Shown here in pieces: positions 52,258-64,000 of a stretch of 64,000 nucleotides of DNA; positions within the stretch are counted from its first letter, which is position 1, and every line of letters starts with the position of its first letter. The notes below the pieces were generated by a model that saw nothing but the letters and a program-made list of their open reading frames with translations, was not told the DNA's origin and did not search any database. The stretch is taken from NCBI RefSeq assembly GCF_009914755.1, contig NC_060947.1, one strand, 5' to 3'. The translations under genes and the position numbers were made by a program. Source of the DNA: the human T2T-CHM13v2.0 reference genome, Homo sapiens.

Positions 52258-52421
52258 TTCTCTTGCCTGCTGCCATGTGAGAAGTGCCTGCTTCCCCTTC
52301 TGCTATGATTGTAAGTTTCCTGAGGCCTCCCTGCCATGTGGAACTATGAGTCCCATTTTCCTTTATAAATTACCCAGTCTTGTGTAGTATCCTTATAGCA
52401 GTGTGAAAACTAACTCATACA
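52032..52421 (+). mobile_element. THE1 solo LTR containing a (TC)n tract
   Basis: TGATATGGTTTGGCTCTG...CATACA with perfect TSD GTCTT. Confidence 0.92.
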
Positions 52422-52484
52422 GTCTTTATGCATTTATGTAGCTCTAGAAAACCGAGCAGTTCTAGAGATATCAATTATATAGAT

Positions 52485-52670
52485 TAGTAGTTTTCAATAT
52501 GTATCAGAATAACCTGAAGGATTTAATAAAAGAGAAATGTATGGGCTCCAGCTCCAGAGATTCTGACTCTGTATGTGTAGTATGGTACCTAAGAATTTGC
52601 AAATCTAAAAGTTCTCAGGTGTTCCTGATGCTGTTGGTCTGAGGGACCACACTTTGAGAAACATTGGATT
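52485..52670. mobile_element. MER5A-like hAT MITE
   Basis: gtatcagaataacctg...gatgctgttggtctgagggaccacactttgagaaacattg. Confidence 0.75.
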
Positions 52671-53036
52671 AGAGTCACCTATGGTAAAGAAGTTCCATGG
52701 TATTTCTATGAAATAACATTGGCATTTCCATAAGCTATAAATTAAAATGCAAGAGTCACAGAAAAGGATAGAGTCAAACACTTACTGAACACCTACTGTG
52801 TAGGATGCACTTGCTAGATACTTTATACAGATATCTTATTCAATTTCATCATTGCTTCATTATCCCCATTTTTCAGATTAAAAAAATGGAACTCAGCAAG
52901 TTAACTAACATTCTGAAGGCCACAAAGCTATCAGGTGGCAGAGTTGAAATTCAAACCCAGTTCTGCCTAGGTTGAAAACTTACAGTTTCTCTTCTAGATC
53001 ATTTTGCAAATACTATTATTTAAAAAAATATACCTA

Positions 53037-53040
53037 AATA

Positions 53041-53071
<31 letters not shown>

Positions 53072-53099
53072 ATCTATCTATCTATCTATATATATATAT
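53037..53099. repeat. (TATC)n/(TA)n microsatellite
   Basis: Direct reading. Confidence 0.93.
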
Positions 53100-53330
53100 T
53101 TATTGGTCCCCCAGTTTATGCACCCATTCATCACTCATCTATCCATCCATCATCCACCAATCAATTAATTGATCCATTTGTTCATTCATGAAAACATTCT
53201 TAAACATTCATAGTTCTTTAGCCTCCCATATGTGCAAATACTTTCTCTTCTTTAGGCCTCACTTCCATCATGAGTGCAATAAGAAGGTTGGACTCAATGA
53301 TTTTTAAGATTTCTTTTATTCATTCATTCT

Positions 53331-53671
<341 letters not shown>

Positions 53672-54119
53672 TAGCAATAAAAATATTACAAAGCTTTTCA
53701 AGCAAATGAAGTTAAGTTATCTTTCATAAGAACGAATTCAGAGGAAAATCCCTGTGTAGTTATGGAGGAGAATTATATATGAAAACACATCTCTCTGTTA
53801 GTACTGCAAAAATATTTCATTAATTAAAATTAAGACATAGTAGAAGACTATGGTAGTTATAGCAAAGCTATATTGAATATTTCACAAAAATATGAATAAA
53901 CAATTTACAGAAAGCATAATGATTCCAGCAACTTTGAAAGTACTTAAGCCCCAAGGGCATTATACTTAAGAAATGGTTAGAGTCAAATAGAAAACTTGTG
54001 ATCATCTAGCACTTAAAAGAGTTTGAATTTTCAAGTTCTTAAGATAAATTAATATTCATTCTTTATGAAGATAACTTTTTATTTGATCTGTAATAAAATC
54101 TCCTTTGTGAACAGAAAGT

Positions 54120-54686
54120 AAAATTACTACTTGACCCAACTATTCGATTACTGGGCATATACCCGAAGGAAAATAAATCATTATACCAAAAAGACACCTG
54201 CATTTGCATGTTTATTGCAGTGCTATTCACAATAGCAAAGAATTGGAGTCAGCCTAGGTGTCTGTCAATACTGGATTGGATAAAGAAAATGCAGCACATA
54301 TACACCATGGAGTACTATGCAGCCATAAAAAGAATGAAATAATGTCTTTTGCAGCAACATGGAAGCTGGAGAAAATTACCTTAAGCAAATTATAGCAGAA
54401 ACATAAAACCAAATACTGCATGTTATCATTGATAAGTGGGAGCTAAACATTGGGTACATACAGACATAAACATTGGAACAAGAGACACTCAGGACTCTAA
54501 AAGGGGGGAGTGAGGGAGGGGAGCAAGGGTTGAAAAACTACTTGTTAGTTACTATATTCAGTATTTGGGTGACAGGTTCAATTGAAGCCCAAACCTGAGC
54601 ATCATGCAATATACTCATGTAACAAACTTGCACATGTACTCCCTGAATCCAAAACAAACAAATTTTAAAAATAAAAAATAATAAAA
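54120..54686 (+). mobile_element. 5'-truncated old LINE-1 3' end
   Basis: L1 ORF2 tail and 3' UTR with an A-rich end. Confidence 0.85.
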
Positions 54687-54741
54687 ATCTCCTATGCTCA
54701 AATATCTTTCTTTCTGTTTTATGCACTTTAAGAAAACTCTA

Positions 54742-55079
<338 letters not shown>

Positions 55080-57184
55080 CTCTGAAGAGGATCACATAGA
55101 AAAAAAAAAACAAGCAAACACAGTACACCACCACCACCACCAACAACAAAATAGCATAAATGGAACCATGTGAATGGGGATTGCAAAAAGCCAATGATGG
55201 GCTTTGCAAGTGAATGGCAGATTTGTCTGGGATTGAGTTACAGCTTAAAACGATCTCATTTCTTATGAATGAGGGAGTTAGGTTTGTCAATGAAATGAAT
55301 ATCAATTTTTATCATATCTATATCTATAGCTTTTGCTATGGAACTTCAAAGACTTACAAATCTAAATTAGTTCAGAATTTAGATCTTTGAACTTTCTTCT
55401 ATACTTATGAAAGCAAAAATATTTATGAAGCCTACAATGCCAATCAGCCAAAGATACCCCTTATTTGAAGCCATTTTTGTATTACATTTGACACATATCA
55501 AGGTGTGAGATTCATTATCTGAGGCATTCCCAGAACTGGAGTGATTTGAGTATGTCTGTGAATTTTATCTCTCTTCTTTTCTAAAAGCTCTTTCCCATTC
55601 TTGACACTTCCAAAAAAGGTGCAAACTAAATGTGAGATGTTAGAGAAATATATTAATGAGGGAAGATGAAAGAACATTGGAGAATAAATTTCAGTTGTTT
55701 TTTGATTTTGATGGAAAAGTTTTCACAAAAATCACACTATCTAAAGATTCAGAAACTGTTTAGAATCTTGGGAGTTGCCTATGATTTTAATAGAATGTTA
55801 ACAAGGTATTTCCAGAGAGATGTCGTTGTCATCAATTGATGACATGCCCAGATCTTGTTTGTTTCTTCTTTAAGGAGAAATTCATTTTCGTTTTTCCTTA
55901 GAGAATGTATTTCCTCTTCTGTGAAAATGCACCCTCCTGTCACAACAATATGAACTCAAGAAAAATTTTATAGCATTGGAGCTCACTTTTCAATATTCAG
56001 AGGAAGCAAAAGGAGAACAAGTTTGCATTGACCCTCAAAGGGAAAAATTTGCAGCATACTAAGTACTCCTTGTGAAATTAAACAGTTGGAGAAACACCAT
56101 GTCCTTCTATTGGTTCAGTTTTGATAGAAACTATGATTTTCAATAGTTATAGGAGAGCAAAAATGCTCTGCTGCTGATTTTGGAAGAAAATGAATTGAGT
56201 TAGCTGTTCAATGGACAACAGATAACTTTGGATAGTGCTTTTCTTTGCCTTTGCTCATAGTTATCACCATATTTTACCCTGAGTTCTCAATATAGTAAAA
56301 TAAAGTAGGATTATCTTATAAGCAGAATAATGAGCCTCCTTATACTTTAACTTGTTATCATGATTAAAAGCTACTGCAATTATAAAACTGAAAGAACTCC
56401 CTGTAGCCAAGTGCCTTGACGTAGGTTGGAAGTAAAATGGTGGATTTTGTCAAACACGTGGGATTTAGACTGCAACTCCCTAATACTAGACCTACTATTG
56501 ATTTCTGGCTAGGTCTTAAGCAACAGGATTAACCTCATATTTTTGCTTTCATTTAGGTTTTTAACCTCCTTTTATTCAAGTCTTTATTTGTGCAATGAGA
56601 TAACAGGCTGAGACTATGTGGTTTGGGTGGGACATTTCAACTAGATTCAGAAATTTGTACTCATAAAGGCATGCCCAAATTTGTCCATGAAGATTCATCA
56701 TTTTTTTTGCTAATGGTAAATGAAAACATGCCATGTTGAATTTGGTTTCCTTCCACGGATGTTAGCATGGATGTCTGGATTTTAAAAAGTAGATTATTAA
56801 ACTGACCATAAAGCCTCAGTTTTAAATTCAACATGGTGTGGTGGAAAGAACATTCAACCTTAAGCAAATCCTGTAATTTTTCTGGGCCATAGTTTTCTGA
56901 TTTGTTCAAACAGAGTAGAAACACCTCCCGAGCATCCCCCAGGGATGTTATAAGGAACAAATGAGAGAAAACGGAAATACATTTTATAAATTAGAAATTC
57001 TATTTAAGTGTAGCATATTATTTACCCCATAACATTTTAAATTAGAAAGAATATTTTAGTTGAAGGAGTCTGTGGCACAGAAAGGTTAAAGAGTTTAACA
57101 AAATAACCCAGCTAGTAAGTTGGAGAGCCAGGACTAGAACCCAACTTATTTGATACTTATGCTAATCTTCTAAGAATCCGGAGT

Positions 57185-57992
<808 letters not shown>

Positions 57993-58312
57993 GATGTCTC
58001 CATTTTACCATTCACCAGAGTTGATTATCTTTACTTTCATCCTTGGCTTGAAAGAGTCAACAGTTACCAGTGTTCTTTTATCTCCTCCATATCAAAAAAG
58101 TTGACAGATTATCAATATGTGGTATAATTATGACAAATAGGCAAGGCTATTTTTGCAATAGCAAAGATTAGTAACCTTTGCTGAGTAATTATTATTTCTG
58201 AGGTCTTTATATGCATTGTCTCATTTTTCCTCACAATAGCCCAGTGAGGTACTAGTTTTAATCCCCTTTAACAGATGAGAAAATTGAGACTCAGAGAGGA
58301 TAAGTAACTTGT

Positions 58313-58694
58313 TGATATGGTTTGGATTTGTGTTCCAGCCTAAATCTCATGTCAAATTGTAATCCACAATGTTAGAGGAGAGGCCTGGTGGGAGGTGATT
58401 GAATCACGGGTATGCGTGGATTTACCCCTTGTTGTTCTCATGAGAGTGAGTGAGTTCTCATGAGATCTGGTTGTTTAAAAGTGTGTAGCACCTTCCCCTT
58501 CTCTCTCTTTCTCCTGCTGTGACTATGTAAGACATGCCAGCTTCCCCTTTCACCATGACTGAAAGTTTTCTGAGGCCTCCCCAACCATGCCTCCTGTACA
58601 GCCTGAGGAACCATGAGCCAATTAAAACTCTTTTCTGTATAAATTACTCAGTTTCAGGTCTTTTTTTATAGCAGTGTGAGAACAGACTAATACA
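58313..58694 (+). mobile_element. MST-type MaLR solo LTR inserted in a MIR
   Basis: TGATATGGTTTGGAT...GACTAATACA with perfect TSD CTTGT. MIR text continues on both sides. Confidence 0.9.
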
Positions 58695-60295
58695 CTTGTC
58701 CAATGATATATGGCTCATTAGTGATGGAGCTTGTATTCAAACTCAGGTCTGCCTGGTCCTGTGTCTGAGATCTTATGTACAACCATGCTGTCTCCAAATT
58801 AAAAAAAAAGATAAAATTTGATGCTGCATCTACAAAATCTGTATTTGGGTAGTAGGTTAGAGAAGAGAATAAAAAGCCTCATGAGTCTGTTTAGTGATAT
58901 ATTAGATGAAGTAGAAAGGGCCCAGGCTTTAGAATCAAAGAGACCTTGGTTTGAATCCCAGGTCTGCCAGTTACGAGCTGGGTGACATTGTCAGTCATTT
59001 AAACCCCTGAGCCTGGTTGTCCTTATCTGTAAATTGGAAATAAAAATACCTCACAGAGTTGCAATAAGGATTAAATAAGATGATGGATTGTAAGTGTTTG
59101 AAAAAGAGAAGGTATTAAATGCATGGTAACTGTTAAAATTATATTTGCTGATATTATTGTTATTATTGAAATTTTAACAGATTTGGGAGATAGGGAAAAT
59201 ATTAACATGAAGAATATACTTCTAGATTTCATTGCTTCATGATTCCTACCCCTGCTTAGTGTTGACTCTACATGGAGGTGGCCTTCAGATCAATTTTACA
59301 GAGTAGTCAGTATGCTTTTCCACTTCTGAGCTAGTGTTCATTTGAGTATAGGAATTTAGAGACTTTTCAACAGTTTCAAAAAATACTAAGTTTCTACTTG
59401 TGCATGACATTGTAAGGAATGAAAAAATCATATGGTCTAGAGAGAGATAACTGCCATTGATCAATTTATATGTTATCCCATTTTATCCAATAAATTCACT
59501 TAACAGGAATTTAATGAACAACCATAATATTCAAGGCAATGTGCTAATTGTGGCTGAGGTAGAAAATAAATAGAGCAGATATATGACATCTTGGCCTTTG
59601 TTTTCATGCAGTCCTATACTCTAGGTTGAAAGTGAAAAGTGCCTTTAGAGAGGTCTATAAATGGGGCAATGGAAAATTAGAAAAGGAAATAATGACTTCT
59701 TGCTGGGACTGAGTGCAGGAGGCAGCATTTCAGCTGAATCCTCCCGATTTGGAGATAAGAGAGGGAAGAGAGCGGGTGATTTTTATTATACATTCTAATG
59801 CTGATATAATTTTCTATTTTGAAGCATGGTATATCTTCGTGATTACAAATGCAGGTTCTGGAGCCAGATTGTCTAGGTTCAGTCCTGGCTCAGCTAGTTT
59901 TACTGTTACTTATCCATTTTGTGACTTGATATCTTCATCTGCCAAATGGGAAGATAATAACAATGCCTTCCTTATAAGGGTTTTGTAGGATTAAACGAAA
60001 CAAATACACATAAAGCATTATACAATGCTCATTAAATTTGAGCTATTTGGGGTATTATTACAAGGCCTTTGATACTGATGAAGCTGATATGTTTAATCAT
60101 TCAGCCCCTTTACAGTGAAATATTTATGAATCACTATAATTTAAGTAAGAAGGAGGAAAATACAACAGAAGGGGTAGAAGCTGAATCTTGAGACAGGAGA
60201 GAAGCTTTTCTGCTCTCTCAACAAAAGTGCAGTGAAATAGCGGCAGAAAACCCACATGTGGAACCTGCCTTGTTCCTTGCTTGAAACTCAATTTA

Positions 60296-62217
60296 TATTT
60301 TTAACCTTTATTTTAGGTTTAGGGCTAGATGTGCAAGTTTGTTATATAGATAAATTATGTGCCATGGAGGTTTGGTGTACAGATTATTTTGTCACCCAGG
60401 TAATAAGTACAGTACTCGATAGGCAGTTTTCAATCCTCTCTCTCTCCCCCAACTCCACCCTTAAGTAGGCCCCAGTATCTGTTGTTTCCTTCTTTGTGTC
60501 CACATGTATGCAAAGTTTAGCTCCCACTTATAAGTGAGAACCTGCAGTATTTGATTTTCCTGTGTTAGCTCACTAAGGATAATGGCCTCCAGCTCCATCC
60601 ATGTTGCTGCAAAGGAAATGATCTCATTGTTTCTTATGGCAGCATAATAATCCATTGTGTATATGTACCTCATTTTTTATCCAGTCTACTGTTGATATTT
60701 AGGTTGATTCCATGACTTTGCTATTGTGAATAGTGTCACAATGAACAACATATCCATGTGTCTTTATGGTAGAAAGATTCTTATACCCAGTAATGGGATA
60801 GCTGGGTCAAATGGTAATTCTATTTTAAGTCTTTGAGAAATCGCCAAACTGCTTCCCACAGTGGCTGAACTAATTTACACTCCCACCAGCAGTGTATAAG
60901 CTTTCTTTTTTTCACAACATCGCCAGCATGTGTTATTTTTTGACCTTTTATTAATAGCCACTCTGAATGGTGTGAGATGATATCTCATTTTGATTTGCAT
61001 TTATCTAATGATTAGTGATGTTGAGCATGTTTCATATGCCTTTTGGCCACATGTATGACTTATTTTGAAAAGTATTTGTTTAGATATTTTGCCAACTTTT
61101 TCATGGAATTATTTTTTTTCTCATGTATTTGTTTAAGTTCCTTACAGATGCTGGATATTAGATCTCTGTTGGATGCATAGTTTGCAAATATTTTATGCCA
61201 TTCTGTAAGGTATCTGTTGACTCTGTTGATAGTTTATTTTGCTGTGCAGAAGCTCTTTAGTTTAATCAGGTCCCATTGGTTAATTTTTGTTTTTGTTGCA
61301 ATTGCTCTTGTCATCTTCATCATGAAATCTTTGCCAGTTTCTATGTTCAGGCTTGTTGCCTTTCAGGGTTTTTATATATTTGGGTTTTACATTTAAGTCT
61401 TTAATCCACCTTGAGGTGATTTTGTATATAGTGTAAGGAAGGAATCCTATTTCAATCATCTGCATATGGCTAGCCAGTTATCCCAGAACCATTTATTGAA
61501 TAGAGAGACATTTCCTCATTGCTTGTTTTTGTCAATTTTGTTGTATGTGTGTGGCATTATTTCTTTGATTTCTATTCTGTTCTATTTATTGGTCTATGTA
61601 ACTGTTTTTGTACCAGTACCATGCTGTTTTGGTTACTGTTTGCTCGTAGTATAGTTTGAAGTCGGGTAATGTGCTGCCTCCACCTTTGTTATTTTTGCTT
61701 AGATGGCCTTGGCTATTCAGGCTCTTTTATGGTTCCATATGAATTTTAAAGTAGTTTTTTATAGTTCTGTGAAGAATGTCAATGTCTCCTTTGATAGGAA
61801 TATAATTGAATCTGTAAATTGCTTTGGACAGTATGGGCATTTTAACAATATTGATTATTTCTATCTATGAGCATTAAATGTTTTTTCATTTGTTTGTGTC
61901 AAAATAGGAATACAGGAAGTCAAACTATCCCTGTTTTCAGATGATATTATTCTATACTTAGAAAACACCATAGCCTCCCCTCAAAAGCTCCCGGAACTGA
62001 TAAACAACTTCAGCAAAGTGTCAGGATACAAAATTAATGTGCAAAAATTAATAACATTTCTTTACACAAACAACATCCAAGCTGAGACCCAGATGAAGAA
62101 TGCAATCCCACTCACGGTAGCCACAAAAAGAGTAAAATATCTAAGAATACAGCTAACCAAGGAGGGGAAAGATCTCTACAAAGAGAATTACAAAACATTA
62201 CTCAAAGAAATCCGAGA
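60296..62217 (-). mobile_element. 5'-truncated, 5'-inverted LINE-1 (minus 60296-61900, inverted plus piece ~61901-62217)
   Basis: 14-bp TSD tgaaactcaattta / tgaaattcaattta. The two pieces are contiguous in L1 ORF2. Confidence 0.9.
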
Positions 62218-62571
62218 TGAAATTCAATTTAACTCCACACTTGGCACATAGTAGGTGCTCAATGAATTTTTGCTGAATGACTTCATGAACAATTGAAGGC
62301 TGAGTTTTATTTTACCGTTTTCTATTGAAGGATGGAAATTGTTTAAAATTCCTAAACTTGCTCTGATCAGAACTGTACTTCTCTCAAGTAATTCTTAAGT
62401 CCCTAGAATATAATTTTTCAACACTCCACATTCTTTTAGCAATCATACCTCAGCAAATCTTTAAACAGGGACTGAAAAACCATAAAATTAAAATGTTTAA
62501 TTTTACCTTTTTGCCTTTCCATCTGTAATGCCATCTGCAAATAATAGAACATCTAAATTTCACTTGTTGGT

Positions 62572-62905
<334 letters not shown>

Positions 62906-63142
62906 TGAAATGAAACATTAAAATCATACGATAATACCAGGTTTCCATCAACTATTTACTCATTCATTAGTACAGACAGCCATATCAATACCCAGCTCCA
63001 TTATATCCATTTAAAGGTTTTTGTTTTTAAAGAGTTCTGTTTCAGTGTCTCTATGTTTGAAGGTTGTTCAGAAAGTTTACAAGCAGCAGCTCCAACTTCG
63101 TCTTCAAAAATGAATAAAGAAACATGGACAGTTAAGATGATA

Positions 63143-63222
63143 TCAGATTGATACAATAGTAATTGTGGGTTTTGCCATTAAAAGTAATAGGAAAAACTGC
63201 AATTACTTTTGCATCAACCTAC
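63143..63222. mobile_element. MADE1-like mariner MITE (80 bp)
   Basis: Imperfect palindrome flanked by TA at 63141-63142 and 63223-63224. Confidence 0.85.
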
Positions 63223-64000
63223 TAATCTCAGGTCTTAATATAATATTGGTAAACAGAATTGTCCATGGACTGAACATGACTGCTTATGGTTTATTTAAAG
63301 ATGTCCCCAAGAAATAGACATATTCATGTTTAGCATTTTAGAGACTGATGCAAGGAAATGTGATTGCCATTGATTATAAACTTTGTAATGGTAAGATCCA
63401 GGTCTGGATTACTTACTCTCCCAAGCACGTGTCACTGGGGTTCTCCTTAAAGGTACTGATGAGTTACTCTTGAAAGGACAAATGCATTTAACATGTACAG
63501 CTTCACAGGAACAAATCTTAGACCTGGTAGGGTGGAAGGAAGTGAAAATGGAGTGGAATGAAAAGGAACAAAAAGAACCCTGAGAAGAAAATAAAGAGTG
63601 CTGACATAAAACTTGGCTGACTCCCACAATCTAGTAGAGGATTTTCCCTGGATAGAATAATTCCTCAGGCACTGTTGAATGTAAGCATGTGAGCAGAAGA
63701 GCAGGCAGCAATGAAGTGAAAGATCTAATGGCAAATATCCTCTACAAACAAAATGAAACCTTTAGGTCTAATATAAAATTCGTTAGCCTTTCCAACATCT
63801 TTTTGCTGCATGTTACCTATGAACCTATAGTGGTTTTCTGTTTGGTTCTGTTTCCAACATGGTCCAACAGTGATTACCCTTTTATAACACTTTAACATTT
63901 CTTCCTACTCATTTCCTCTCATGTTAAGTCCCTTTAATTCTAAGCAAGATTTAAGACTCCAATTTTCGTATGTCTTAACAAACACTGAAAATTCTTTTCT

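Overview
Mammalian DNA, almost certainly human or primate (Alu, L1PA/L1PB, THE1 and MER repeats), AT-rich and LINE-1-dense. It holds one real protein-coding gene: the domesticated Ty3/gypsy (sushi-ichi/PEG10 family) gag gene RTL3 (ZCCHC5/MART3/SIRH9) at 27811..29238 on the minus strand (475 aa: N-terminal helix, P/E/Q repeat linker, capsid-like domain, CCHC knuckle). The main hidden feature lies just past the annotated ORF. There is a PEG10-type -1 ribosomal frameshift cassette (G_GGA_AAC, 5-nt spacer, predicted pseudoknot) leading into a -1 frame that encodes a PEG10-like DSG aspartic protease. That frame is broken by a single in-frame TAA eight codons before the catalytic Asp. The rest of the window is transposon debris: a full-length L1PB-like element, a full-length THE1, solo MaLR LTRs, Alus, MITEs and MIRs. 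It includes an old L1 with a near-perfect ~560-bp inverted duplication flanking an inverted 1.15-kb segment. Repeat subfamily names and PEG10 comparisons come from recall and were not computed.
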